A stretch of DNA of 64,000 nucleotides. It comes from Chrysomallon squamiferum. Its lineage: Eukaryota; Animalia; Mollusca. Under the pieces are notes generated by a model. That model was not told the DNA's origin, searched no databases, and worked only from the letters and a program-made list of their open reading frames with translations. Numbering within the stretch: position 1 is the first letter of the stretch; every line of letters starts with the position of its first letter. Where the stretch lies: positions 9,300,001 to 9,364,000 of the forward strand of contig CM022673.1 in assembly GCA_012295275.1 (NCBI GenBank), read 5' to 3'. Made by a program: the position numbers and the translations under genes. Positions 13,340 through 27,204 of the stretch are shown piece after piece.

Positions 13340-13620
13340 GATGGATTCGATGGATGGATTTGATGTATGTATGTATGTATGTATGTACGTATGTATGTAT
13401 GTGTGTGCCTGTGTGTGTGTGTGTATATATATGTATGTATTTATATCATTATATATGTGTGTGCATATATATGTAAATGTATGTATGTATGTATGTACAT
13501 ATGCGTCTGTATTTGTGTGTGTTAGTATGTATGTATAGGTAGTTAGATGTATATATATAAATGTATCCTTTTTCTCTCTTTCTCTCTCTTTCTCTTTCTT
13601 TCTTTCTCTTTCTCTGTCTA
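13340..13620. repeat. Compound (TATG)/(TG)/(CT/CTTT) microsatellite field
   Basis: Direct observation. Confidence 0.9.
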
Positions 13621-14109
13621 TTTCTACATCTGTTCCTATCTCTTTGTTCTTATATTGTTCCATCACTCGTTCTAATTTTTTCAATCAATTTGTTTCTGTT
13701 GATTAAAAATGTATTAAATAAAATATTGACATAATCAACGTCCTCATTGCTCTTGGTGACGACGACTAAAACTGAAATCTCTAACAACAACAACACCTTC
13801 TGTGTCCTTGAATAATTAATTCAGTAAAAAAAAAAAAAATCAATTTCCTATTAAATCTTGATTTTGCACCAGTTTTCACTGTCTTGATCAGGTAATAGAT
13901 TTTAACAGTAAATTTAAGAAATTTTAAGCATAGCTAAATTTTACGACAGACGTAAGAGTGTTACAAATCAGCATTATTGTTTCGTATTTCGTCTTGTTTT
14001 TCCTGATCTAGCAAGCTCTTGAGCTTTGTTCTGTAGATATTTTACTTATTTTTCACTTATATTTTGTTTGATGACTTGTTTCCTTTCCTCTAGCACTGCA
14101 TGCTTGTTT

Positions 14110-14345
14110 CACTACCACTACTACTACAACAGTTACCGCTACTACAACCATTACCACTACCACTGTTACTACTACTACTAACTTTACCAGTATCAGCATT
14201 ATTACTACTGCGACTACTTCTACTATCATGTCTACTACCACAACAACTACTTGAACAACTACTACGACTACGTCGACTACTACTAACACTACCATTATCA
14301 TTACGACTACTACTACAACTGTGACTACGACTACTACTGTTACTA
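14110..14345. repeat. Cryptic (ACT)n trinucleotide repeat
   Basis: Degenerate actact runs. The poly-V/poly-L ORFs here are artefacts of it. Confidence 0.9.
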
Positions 14346-14904
14346 ATATTAATATTAATATAATATTATTAAGACACTGTTAGTCTGACAACATCTACTA
14401 CGAATGCTATTCATGTGTGTCTAATGCAATATTAACATTATTCTATTATTCTAATCTCTTTAATAATAATCTACTACTATTGCTACTACAGCTACTACAT
14501 GCACGATTCGTGTAACCTCCTCTACAGTTCCTGTTATTACTGTCGTTGTAGTTGCAATCATTATCATTATCACCACTATCATTACCTTTATTATGTATAT
14601 TATCATTATATCATCATCAGTATCATAAATAATAGCGGTTGTTAATGATTCTCATACGCTTGTTAATATTTCTGTTACGGTTGTTGAGGATGTCGCTGTT
14701 GTTGTTGTTGTTGTTGTAGGGCTTGTTGTTGATGAAGATGCTGCTGTTGTGGTTTTTGTTATTGGTGTTGTTGATGATGTTATTATTTGTTGTTGTTACA
14801 GATTTTATTTATTTTTTTTTTTTTTTTTTATTGTTGTTGTTGTTGTTGTAGTAACAGTTGCAGGAGTAGTTTTGTTCTTATTATTGTTCCTATTCTTATT
14901 TACT

Positions 14905-14906
14905 AT

Positions 14907-15002
<96 letters not shown>

Positions 15003-15060
15003 GTTGTTGTTGTTGTTGTTGTTGTTGTTATTATTATTATTATTAATTTTATTATTATTA
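14905..15060. repeat. Compound (TTTA)n-(TTA)n-(TTG)n microsatellite
   Basis: Direct observation. Confidence 0.96.
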
Positions 15061-15375
15061 CACAAAATTAACCCTGTCCATTAAAAAAAAAAAAAAAAAC
15101 ACAAAAAAAACCAGCCAAGGCTTACAGTCGTAATACTGAATATTATTTTCTGTTTACTAAACTAATTTACTTTAATCACACAGACGAAGCTTCTATCTTC
15201 TTAACAATTTCACGGGTGAACGGTCACGAAAATGGAAAGGACCCTCAATCCGATTTCGTTTCGCGAAACGACTGGCCTGGCACTTTAAACACATTAACAT
15301 CAATAATATTTTGCTTTTATTGAATAACGCAATATCATTAAAACCCCGCGAACAGCCGAATTTGCCATCTCGGGG

Positions 15376-15575
15376 AAAAAAAAAAAAATAATAATAATAA
15401 TAAAAAAAAAAAAAAAAAAAAAATAATAATAATAATAAAAAAAAAATAATAATAATAATAAAAAAATAATAATAATAATAAAAATAATAAAAAAAAAATA
15501 ATAATAAAAAAATAAAAAAAAAAATAAAAAAAAATAATAATAATAAAATGTAAAAAAAAAAAAAAAAAAAAATAA
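15376..15575. repeat. Mixed poly(A)/(AAT)n tract
   Basis: ~200 bp almost entirely A/T, flanked on both sides by CpG-rich sequence. Confidence 0.95.
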
Positions 15576-15589
15576 AGGAGAAAGAAGAA

Positions 15590-16100
15590 ACAGCGGAAGA
15601 CGTCGTCGTTACACTGTTTGGCCCGCAAAACCCCGAATTCAACAGCCGTCGACAATGGCGCGTGGACGTCCCACTGTGACCCCCGCAGATCAATGTCGTG
15701 TTCGGAGTTTGCTGGTTTTGATCGCGCGGTGTAAATTTGAAATTCGCCATTCTCGCCTCACAATGATGTCTTATTTCGCTGAATGCTGATCGTTTTCCAT
15801 GTATGTGATTAAGGCAAGTTCTGCCGGAGCGACGCACAATGGGAACATTCGGATCAGGTTTCTGGGGGCGTATTTCTCCCGATAATAAATTTCTTCTGGC
15901 GGAACTAAAAGGCGGGACTGAAAAGAACCCCCAAAAAAAGACTTTATCATCTATCTAAGCAGTTGTAGAAAATGAAGATTGCCTAAACGAGGGGCGCTGT
16001 TGGGGACAACGCCATTCAGCTGCGATGGAGAAGTGATTTATTATTAAATCAGCCGCCATGTTGATTGATGGGCGGTTGGTTTGCAAAAGAGATTAGGTCG
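15590..16100. promoter_or_regulatory. CpG-rich putative enhancer with Sox, Pbx-Hox and YY1-like motifs
   Basis: acaatg at 15652, 15760 and 15836; tgatttat at 16034; gccgccatgtt at 16052; tgattgatgg at 16062. No credible ORF. Confidence 0.4.
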
Positions 16101-16364
16101 TCTTCATTTTTCTTCTTCTTCTTCTTCTTCTTCTATTTCATCTGTTGCTGACTGCTGCTTTTTGTTGTTTTTTCTTCTTCTTTCTGGTCCTTATTTTTCT
16201 TCCATTTCTTCACTATGATTTAAGCTTGCTTCTAGAACTGCAGAACGTTAAATAAATTTATTGATACCCATAATCAACACCAAATTATTAGAAATTAAAA
16301 TATCTTTAAATGCTTAATCCAGTGAGAAAATAATAAAATATAAACACACAACCATCCATCAGTC

Positions 16365-16568
16365 CGTGTGTATATACACTTGCATCCCTACAAACATACA
16401 TACATACATACATACATACACACACATACATTCGTACTTGCATACATATATATATTCATACATACATACATATATATACATATATACACACACATCCATC
16501 CGTACTTTCATATATTCATCAATCCATCCATACTTGCATACATACATGCACACATACACATACATTCG

Positions 16569-16608
<40 letters not shown>

Positions 16609-16710
16609 CATATTCATACATGCATACATGCATACATGCATATATACATAAATATATATATATATATACATATTCATACATACCTACCTAAACAAATACG
16701 TACATACATA
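16365..16710. repeat. Compound (TACA)/(TA) microsatellite field
   Basis: Direct observation. Confidence 0.92.
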
Positions 16711-16794
16711 GTTACGTCACGGCTGCTGTAGTCGTTGTTGATGATGATCATGTTGTTATTACAGCTCATGAATAATTATTAAAAACTCATAACC

Positions 16795-17125
16795 TACGGC
16801 AGCTGCTGACATTATCATCCTCTTAAAGAATCGTTCACCTCCTTGACGTTGCCGCCGCCATTGCACGACATGACGTCATCTACCACTGCGTAATAATAAC
16901 TGATGATCCCAACCGAGGCCCCCGCCATGACGTGAACGCAGTCAGGTAAACAGTAGTAATGTACTGGTGCACCTTGTGACCAGGCAAATTTGAGGATTCG
17001 CTAAAAAGGGAACAAGTTTAAAATTTGTAGCATAAATCTTTTCAAGCCGTTCAGGATGGTTCGTTTCATAACAATGTCACAACGCTGATTTATATAGAGA
17101 GAGCGCTCTACCATCGCAGGCCTGA
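16795..17125. promoter_or_regulatory. CpG-rich block with CRE palindrome
   Basis: atgacgtcat at 16870-16879, additional tgacgt half sites, gccgccgccatt, cagctg and gtaaaca. Confidence 0.3.
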
Positions 17126-17179
17126 ATGAGAAAAAGCCATTATCGTATCTATAATTTTTTTTTTTTTTTTTTCTTTAAT

Positions 17180-17210
<31 letters not shown>

Positions 17211-17684
17211 TATTTACGCTTGTATCAATGAAAGGTTAGACATTCATAAATGTTGAGTAATTTGTCAGAAAATAAAATTTATAACTTCTGCAAAAAAAAA
17301 GGCATGCGCGAAACAGGTATTTTAGCTTATGATATTTTTTTTTATCGTCAAAATTTATAATGCATGTTTTAGCGCATGTACATACCTCGAGCGTCATTAA
17401 ATGCATGCCCGGGGGGGTCAGGACTGCTGTGACAGCCTTTGATATCTATATCGATTTAACCATAACACTTCACAGACAGGGAGGAAATAATTTAGAAAGG
17501 TAAATGGTTTTTGTTGAGATTAAAAGCTTTTTTATAGTTATTATTTTTAAGCCTTTTCTCGTACGGATTATTTTGTTAGTAATAGTTATGTTCATTTTGT
17601 TGCGGTGAACTTCTGCTGGCTGTAAACATTTCGGATGTGACGATAAACTGAAATTTATGTCGGATTAATGATGAGTGATTAAGG

Positions 17685-17721
<37 letters not shown>

Positions 17722-18177
17722 TATTATTATTATTTTTTTATTTTTTTAATCTAGCTTTTTATTTAATTAAAATTCATTGTGTGTGTGTGTGTGTCTCGGC
17801 CATAATCTCTTTAATAAAGCAGAAAATATTGATCAAATATTGAAAATAAATAGAAAATTAATTATTAGAATTATGTAGTCTGGGTTTTATTATTTCTAGT
17901 TTGATTTAGCATTTTAATTGTTCCTGTTATAGCTGGTTTAATTATTATTAGTTTTTGTATGTAATTATATTTATATTTGTTGTTGTTGTTGTTGTCGTCG
18001 TTGTATCTGCAGTTTAATGCAATACTACTTTAAAAATAAGAGAAAAATAAATTATAAGGTCAATTTAATAAAAATTTTAACATACTTGGTTTTTTGTAAG
18101 TTATACACACATGCATGCACTCAAATACACAAAACACACATACACACTTACATAATAACAGACATGCACATAAACAT

Positions 18178-18232
<55 letters not shown>

Positions 18233-18353
18233 TGCTTGCAGGCATGCACACGTACATATACATATACACACATACATACACCAAAACAAAAAAATAAACA
18301 TAATAATTAAATAAATACATCGTGCTAGTTTTGATGTTGTTCGTTTTAAAGAT

Positions 18354-18404
<51 letters not shown>

Positions 18405-18660
18405 TTAATCAATTTATTATCATAATTATTGTCACGATGATAATGACTATTATTATTAAAAAATAATCTAAATTATTATGCTAAGAAAATATAATCGACT
18501 CAGTTTTTACAAACTGTTTTTATTTATCTAATTTTGCCAAATTCCTCTTAACTTCCGGTGTAATATGAATTTATTTTACCAGCACGGAATAATATGTTTA
18601 AATTACGTCTTTCCTTTTATATATCAAGAAAAAAGAAATCGAGAAATGATTTGGAAATTT

Positions 18661-19097
18661 ATAATAATAATAACAACAACAACAGAAACAACAACAATAA
18701 TAATAAATGTAAAAAAGCAATAGTAATAATAACTGCAATAATAATAATAATAGTAATAATAATAATAATAATATTAATAATAATACGTCTAAAACAAATT
18801 GCAACAACAATGATAATAATTGCAATAATAATAATAATAATAATAACAGTAATAACAACAACAATAATAACTGCAAAATACTAACAACAATAATAATATT
18901 AATAATAATAACAACAGTAATAAAAATAATAATAGCAACAGCAACAACAACGCCAACAACAACTATAATAATAATAATAATAATAATAACAACAACAACA
19001 ACATCAAAATAACAAAATTTAATAAATGAAAAGAGTAAAACTTTCTAACAAAATAGTATAAAACTGGTTGAAATTAAATTAATTTAAATAAATTAAA

Positions 19098-19150
<53 letters not shown>

Positions 19151-19380
19151 AAATAAAAACAATAAAAATATATGAAAACACTTTAATGTTAGAATAAAAG
19201 AAACAATAATGAAATTAAGACAGTTAAAAGAAAAACGATACCATGTTTTACATGATAATAAATAAATATAATACAAAATATAGTAATAATAATAATAATA
19301 ACAACAACAACAAAAAAAACAATGACAATAATAATAATAATAATAATAACAACAACAACAACAACAAATAACATGATGAT
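18661..19380. repeat. (AAT)/(AAC) trinucleotide repeat field
   Basis: Direct observation. Confidence 0.92.
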
Positions 19381-19859
19381 GATGGTGATAAAATCACAAA
19401 AATAAGAAAAAAATTTGATGACATTTCTCGTTCATAACATTATTTAATTTTGCTAATATCTACTGCACACATACTGGAAATTTCCCATTAATTATATTCT
19501 TTTGACTTTACAAACACAATAGATAAACCCGTTACCCTCGAAAAGAAACCAGATTCTGATAGACGTTGTTGTTACAGTCGTTGGCAAGTATTGTTATCGT
19601 CGTTATTGTTAATGTTATTATTTATTATTCGCGAAAAGCTATAAATAGGAAAGAATCAAGTTTCGTTTTATTTGATACGGCCATAGATTCCATTTAGTTT
19701 CTGTTTTATTTTGTCTACGATACGTAATTTTTTAATTTTTCTTCAGAATAAAATTTCTGTAACGATTTGACATGGACGTAAATATACTAAAAAGGATTTC
19801 TCTTAGAATGTTTAAATATATTTTCATTTCATTTTATTTTTTAATGCAGTAATATTTTT

Positions 19860-19883
19860 GTTATTATTAATATTATTATTATG

Positions 19884-19925
<42 letters not shown>

Positions 19926-20310
19926 TTTATTTTTATTATTACTATTATTATTATTATCATTATTATTATCACTATTATTGTTGTTGTTATTATTATTATT
20001 ATTATTATTGTTGTCTTTATTATAATTATTACATTTAATATTATTATTATTATTTATATATTTATTATTATTATTATTATTATTATTTATTTATTTATTT
20101 TATAATTTGTTTTTATTTTTTTTGTATCTTTCTGAAAAAAAACAACAATATAGCGATAATATTTATCTCTATTATATATGTGTGCGTGTTTATTTATTTA
20201 TTTTTATATATATATTGTTTTTATTATTTTATTTATTTATTTATTTTTGTTAGTTATTTTTTTTATTTATTATTATTTTTTTTATTTATTATTATTTTTT
20301 TAAATTATTT
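19860..20310. repeat. (TTA)/(TTTA) repeat field
   Basis: Direct observation. Explains the poly-I ORF. Confidence 0.93.
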
Positions 20311-21065
20311 ATAGAAATGTCATTCTGTTACGCAAATATATCACTTGTTTATTTATTTATATTTATAAAATTAATCCCTAAAATGAGGAAACGATTCTAG
20401 CAGTCTTATGGGTATTTACATACCTAATTAATATTTTTAAATGACAGACATGCTTTTCTTTACAGATAAGTTTATGAGTGTCTTACAGTTTGAAAATAAT
20501 TAAATATACAAAAGTTATATTTAAATTTGAGTGATTACAAAACTTTTGGTATATATTATTACATTCATTTTTAATTTTATTAAGTTTTTCATTCTTTCTT
20601 TTTGTTGTTGTTGTTACTGTCGTTGTTTTCACTGTCGTTATTGTGTTGTCGTTCCCGAAGTTCTCGGTTGTTTTGTGTGGGGTTTTTTTTTACCTTTTCT
20701 TATTACCTTTCCGTCTTACTATCATCATTATTTCAACACACTTTTTTTATTTGAATTTATTTTAATAAGCGGCAAAGGGCTGAATATGTTCAAAACGTTT
20801 TACATACTTTTTTGTTTAAATTTATTTTCATAAACCGCAAAGGGCTGACTGTACTCTGCCGTCAAAATTTCTTTCCCTTTGTTTCTCCTCGCACACACAC
20901 ACACACACACGTAGACCATACCACGTAATGTGCTCAATATTTCCTTGGACATATAGCAGCCCCCTGTTCCCGAGTACATTCTTCATAATCCATAACACAG
21001 CCACCTCGATCAATAAACTGACGAGTTTCAATGCTTCTTTCAAGCCGAGAAATCGATGGACATAC

Positions 21066-21113
21066 CTGTTTCACATGAAATGTATTCCGTACCCTGCCAA
21101 GACATGCAAGAAC
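21066..21113 (-). other. Candidate 48-nt internal exon
   Basis: Minus strand: ttttctatcgattattgacag|gttcttgcatg...gtgaaacag|gtatgt. Length is divisible by 3; the phase-1 reading gives xSCMSWQGTEYISCETx. No homology evidence. Confidence 0.2.
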
Positions 21114-21176
21114 CTGTCAATAATCGATAGAAAATGATTTGCGGAAAATGCATTTCAGGAGTTCTGTGTGTGAGTG

Positions 21177-21217
<41 letters not shown>

Positions 21218-22253
21218 CTGCAACGCTTTGAAGTGAAATTGATAACATCGGCGTCAATAAAAATGCCCTTTAATTAATGCACAGCATATGTAATTTTATT
21301 TTATTATTATTGGTTTATTTTTTTATTATTATTTATTTTATATTTTATTTTATATTTTTTTATCTTATTATTTATTTTTATATTTATTTATTTTTATTTT
21401 ATTTATTTATTATTTTTTTTTTTGGGTGGTGGTGGGGTGCGGGTGATCATATTTTTTTTTTTTTTATAATTCTTATTTAATTCTTATTATTATTGTTGTT
21501 GTTGTTGTTGTTATTGTTGATCTTGTAATCATTATTATTATTATTACTTTTTAAAACAAATTTCGATTTAAATTCTATTTATATAATTATGTTTAATAAT
21601 TTTATCTATTTAATATTTTCTTTTTTGTATTTCTTCGTATTTTGATTAGTTAATTTACTTTATTAAGTATTTATTAATTTATTTGTTTATTTGCTTATTT
21701 CTTTTTTTATTTATTTTATTATGTTTTTATTATTATTTTCATAAAAGATTATTTTTTTGGTTCTTCAGTTACATGTACTGAATTTTTTTAATTTAACGCT
21801 CACACACACATACACAAACACACTGACTCAAACACACACACACACACACACACACTCACACACACACACACACACACACACAATAATTTAAACAGGTAAT
21901 TATGCGCATACACATAAAATACACATAATTATTCACGCACACGTTCGCACTTTCATTACCAAACTTCTCCTTTATCTGAAAAATAACATAAAAATTACAC
22001 ACTTCTGAATCTCCAATTTTTTTTTTTGTTGTTGGTTTTTTTGTTTGTTTGTTTTGGTTTTTTACATTTATTTTATTTAATTTAATTTTTTCTTATTTAT
22101 TTATTTATTTATTTTTTAATTTTTAATTTATTTATTTATTTTTTTATTATTATTATTTTTTTTTTTTTTGTTGTTTCTCTCTCTCTTTTCTTTCTCAGTT
22201 CTGTATTTTAGTTTTTCAATTCAATACACAAGTTACTCTGTTGATATTAAAGA

Positions 22254-22292
<39 letters not shown>

Positions 22293-22711
22293 TTTGAAAG
22301 TAATAAATAAAATGTGATGATTTGACAATATATTAAAGTATCAAAAAACAGGATACAAAATTATTATAATAAGTATGTAAAACGTATGGTCATTTACACC
22401 AACAGGTCTTAATAGATTTATAACTTACGTTTCTTTAATAGAATATTTCTTAACAAATGCATCCGAAACTAAATTTATAATTTATGACCTATAAAATAAT
22501 ATATGTATATATGTTTTACATTGATGTTACTTACTACGTTGGTGTTTATGTTGTTCATGTCGTTTTGAGAGTATAGCGGTTGTTTGTCGTTTTCGCTAAA
22601 TTCTTTGTTGAATTCTTTTATTATTTCTGTGGTAGTTGTTGTTATTTTCATGTTTAATAAATGGTAACAGTTTTAATTATTCCGATCACCTGACGCTAGA
22701 ATATCTGTTAG

Positions 22712-22970
22712 TTATTTATTTTTATATTTATTTATTTATTTATTTGTTTGTTTGTTTGTTTGTTTGTTTGTGTGTCTGTCTGTCTCTTTCTTTCTTTCTT
22801 TCTTCTTTTCTTTCTTTATTTGTTTATTTCTTTCACTGATTTCTTTCATTATTTATCTATATGTTTGTTTGTTTGTTTACTTATTTATTTGTTTGTTTGT
22901 TTCTTTACTTATTTATTTATTTGTTTGTTTGTTTACTTATTTATTTATTTGTTTTATTTTATTTTATTTA
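22712..22970. repeat. (TTTA)/(TTTG)/(CTTT) tetranucleotide field
   Basis: Direct observation. Confidence 0.9.
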
Positions 22971-24600
22971 TGAATTCATTTATGTAGTTCATGTCGTCAA
23001 CTGAAAGAGATAGAGAGATAGAGACAGAGATGCAGAAAGAGTGAGAGAGTTAAACAAAATAATAAAGAAATAGAGAATCTAATACTTATTTATTCATATA
23101 ATTATTTCAATTATTTCCTAACAAATATTGGTGAGGTATTTTTGTCCCCTTTTGATCTAATGATTTCTAAACAAAAACATTTTAAAATTCTTTTGAAGCA
23201 TTTATTTTTAGTAATGATTTCTGTAACTGAAATTTCAGTTACATATTAAATAATTAATAGTTTTAGATTTGTTTATTTGTGCTTTTGTGTTTTATTTTTT
23301 TATTTTTTTATTTTTTTTTAATTTTTTATTTATTTACTTTTTGTATTTTATTTTGTTGTTGTTGTTGTATTTTATCAATTAAATACAAAATATGAAACAT
23401 CCTAATTTATTATTTAAATTATGCAAATTATTAAAATTATGCAATTGTTTTTAAATTCTTATGAAAAATTTATCATCTTCTTCAGACTTACAGGAAAAAA
23501 TAAAAGTTAAATTTGTTGACGTATCTATTTTTTATTTTATTTTATTTTATTTTATTTTATTTTATTTTATTTTTTTAATCATTTCATTGTTATTGCTGGT
23601 TTTTGTTTTATTTTTCGGCTTTTGTCGTTGTTGTTTTTTTTGTTTTTATCTATTTGTTTATAATTCCCCCCCTTTTGAGTTTTGGGGGGTTTCATTTTTT
23701 GTTTTAATTTTTTGTTCTTGTTTATTTATATATTCTAAAATGGTTATTTTTTTTTCTCTTTCTTATAACTTTTTTTTTTTTTTTCAGATATTACTATCAA
23801 AGTGAAAACTAAAATTTTAACATAATGACATGAGTACTAGTTTATATAAATTACAATAAAAACTTTTCAGTCTATCGCCTATAACCAATCATAAATTAAA
23901 AACATCTTTTATTTATTATTTATTTATTTACTATTTATTTTATTTTTTATTCATTTTTTTTTTTATTTTTTATTATTATTATTTTTATTTACTGTTGATT
24001 GATTCATTATTCAATTTATTTTTTCTTCTTACGATTTTTCTGTTGTACTTCCTTTTGGCTTTTATTTTACTTTCATTTTATATTTTTTATATTTATTTAT
24101 TTTATTTATATAACATTTTTATGTGTATATGTCTTCCATATGTTTTTATATGATTTTTAGTTATCATGTGCAGTAGGTGAATGAAAAAAACAATAAGCAA
24201 AGATATACTCGATTATTTTTCCATATATATATCTACATATACAAATAAACAGATATATATAGATATATAGATATAGATATAGATATTTCATAGCTAAGTA
24301 AATCAATACAAATTATACATAAACGCATAAAAGTACAGACCCAAAAAGAAAATGACATAAATTAATTTTATATACATCATTGTAAGGACCTAAAATTATT
24401 TGAATAAAAAAATAAACTAAAATATCTATTTTATTGTAGATAATTATTATATAATATCTGTGTAAAAACACAGAAAGAAATGGTCATAAAAATATTAAAA
24501 TATGTTTTAAATTGGATTCTTTATTTTCTCAATGAATAAACAAACTAGAAACAAATAAACAAACAATAAATAAATAAATAAATAAGAAAATAGATAAATA

Positions 24601-24632
<32 letters not shown>

Positions 24633-24949
24633 ATACAGACTGACACACATGAAGATAAGTAATATTAAGACATTAAGTTAAAACAGGAAAACAAGAAGGA
24701 AAGAAGATTGATAGCTTCAAATGTAAGTCATTAACAATCTGGATATAGAAACATAACCAAATTTACAAATAAAAATTTTAAACCATTTATAATAGGGCAT
24801 ACTTGTTATTATAACATATATTTTAAATGTTTTCTTTTTTAAACTTTCTCTTTTTATTTACTTTTTAATAAAAAAAAAATAATAATGTCGAAATCATTTC
24901 ATTTTTGTTTTTATTTTTTACTTATATTAACGTGGTTGTTCTTTTTCTT

Positions 24950-24981
<32 letters not shown>

Positions 24982-25374
24982 CCCTGCGGTTTATTTTTTT
25001 TTTTTTTTTTTATTATTATTTTTATATTATTATTAATTTTCTGAAAAATACATAAACATTTTCAACTGACTTTTTTTTTACTATTTCAATTTACTATTTT
25101 CCAGTCTAATTATTTCTTGATTAAATACAATAGTCTAATAATAAACGTAATGTACAACAATGGTACACATTTTCCCATGGATCACCATACGTGATCTGTT
25201 CAAATACAGTTTTTACATACTATTTAGATAACACAGATGATATTTATTAATTATTCATAGGCCCAGTATGAGAGTAATAAAAAAAAAAATGATTTAAAAA
25301 AAAGAGAGATTAAAATGTCTTAATTGATACTTCCTCCGAGATGGTACTTGTGAAAATTGACTGAAGCAATACTT

Positions 25375-25439
25375 TAGATCCACCCATACCCTAGATCCAC
25401 TCCTGCCCTAGATCCACCCCTGCCCTAGATCCACCCCTG
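25375..25439. repeat. 17-bp tandem repeat (tagatccacccctgccc) x ~3.8
   Basis: Units at 25375, 25392, 25409 and 25426. Resembles the cccctggatccgcccctg-type MITE terminus common in invertebrates (from memory). Confidence 0.9.
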
Positions 25440-25864
25440 GTCATTTTAACGTAGATAATGACACAAGGAATATTGAACTGGAATCACTAATTAGCAGTCT
25501 AATGAAATGGCGTAACGCTATTACAAAATGTGATGAACATTTCCCTAGTTGGAATAATTGTATTTGTTACTTATTAGTTCCCCCCCTACACGTTAAATAT
25601 TCAGTTTCATAGCTCGTTGCATGAACGTGTGTGGTTTGAATACAGAGTATATTGTAAATAAATGGTGCATCGCAAATTTGCTTCTAGATTTCTTGATGTT
25701 TAATAGTTATAAATACTGCACAGATGATAATTAATATGGAACAAATGAAAAATCGTTAAAATGAATTTTAAAAAATAAATTTGTGCAAAAGTAATGTAAC
25801 GCCTGCATAATTATGTTCACTACTTTTATACCTTGTCTTTATCTTTTTCTTTTATTTTTTGTTT

Positions 25865-25909
25865 CTCTTTCTCTGTTTATCTCTCTCTCTCTCCTTTCTC
25901 CTACTCAGC

Positions 25910-25961
<52 letters not shown>

Positions 25962-26155
25962 AAGTTATATGTCACATACTCTCTTTATCTCTTTTTGTTT
26001 CTCGATATAGATCTAAATATATGTATAATTTACGTTTACAAAACTTTTTTTTATCCTTTCTCTCTCTGTTTTCTCTATCCAGTGTTTCTCTCTCTCTATA
26101 TATATATATCTCTTTAGATCTCTTTCTCCTCCTTCTTTCTGTGTGTCTCTCCTTT

Positions 26156-26224
<69 letters not shown>
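25865..26224. repeat. (CT)n microsatellite field
   Basis: Direct observation. Confidence 0.93.
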
Positions 26225-26225
<1 letters not shown>

Positions 26226-26338
26226 AACATACACAAACACATACATAAATATCTCAAATACTATTTGTTTGTTATATATATACATATATATATATATATA
26301 TAGATTTTTTTTGTTTGTTTCATTTTTATTGTTGTTGG

Positions 26339-26380
<42 letters not shown>

Positions 26381-26381
<1 letters not shown>

Positions 26382-26596
26382 AAGATATAAACAAAAATTC
26401 TCTTTCTGATAATACAAAAAAAAAACATTAACAGTTAACAGAATGGCAACAGCGGGTTTCTTCATTTATTACGTCATTACAAAAAAAACAAAAACAAAAC
26501 AAACAAAACAAACAAACACACACATAAAACTGAAACTTAATAACCGTTCACAATAAAAATGTGTTTCATGTGCCGTTAAACAAATACTCATTCATT
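26381..26596 (+). mobile_element. Decayed SINE fragment (central domain and tail)
   Basis: ggcaacagcgggtttc (~26445-26460) parallels ggcagctgcgggtttc of the 62.8 kb copy; tail-like ataaccgttcacaataaaaatgtgtttcatgtgccgttaaacaaat. Confidence 0.5.
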
Positions 26597-26971
26597 TTGC
26601 TCTATTCATTTATATCCAGTTTCGTCATTGTCTTGCTTAAAACAAATGTTTGTAATTACCAAGTGTGTTTCTCGTGTAAAACTTCGGCTTACATAATAAT
26701 GAAGCGTGTGTCACGCTTTGGTTACTTCGCACAAAGTGTTAACATCACAGCAGATGTACTCGGTTATTTTGAGAAACCTCGTCCAGGAGGTTAATCCGGT
26801 GTTTGTAAACAAGATACGGATTTCTGTTTGACGTGCGCAGAATTAATTCCTAGTTTACACTTTGTTCGAATTTTTGCTGCTAATGCCTAAATTGCTATTT
26901 TACGTCCACGATATTTAAATTATATGTTTTGTGTTGCTGTAATTAAATACATTTGATGACAGTTTTATTTT

Positions 26972-27012
<41 letters not shown>

Positions 27013-27204
27013 TGAAATTGTTGTTAATATCAAAGTTCAGTATATTTGTACTCACTTATATTTAACGAAAAAAAACAACACCTGAATACTTCTCTTTTAG
27101 TATAATATATTATTGTTAATTTCATGATTACATACATACCTGCAAATCTGGAAACTCAACTGCTCAAACTGTTGTCTTTAAGAAACTTTATAATTCATCT
27201 TTCC

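Noticed and set aside
15193-15837. Longest ORF (214 aa, minus strand)
   Set aside because: It stays open only because it crosses the poly-T/(TTA) tract; GTG start; no domain.
15985-15999. Second CTCF site (acgaggggcgctg)
   Set aside because: The core spacing does not fit AGRKGGC without mismatches at key positions.
25391-25435. miR-279 gene (ctagatccac matches part of the mature sequence)
   Set aside because: It lacks the 5' TGA and the 3' half, has no hairpin partner, and is part of a 17-bp tandem repeat.
27131-27155. Recursive splice site or 8-nt microexon on the minus strand (tttccag atttgcag|gtatgt)
   Set aside because: The donor derives from a (TATG) repeat and the pyrimidine tract is short; no other support.
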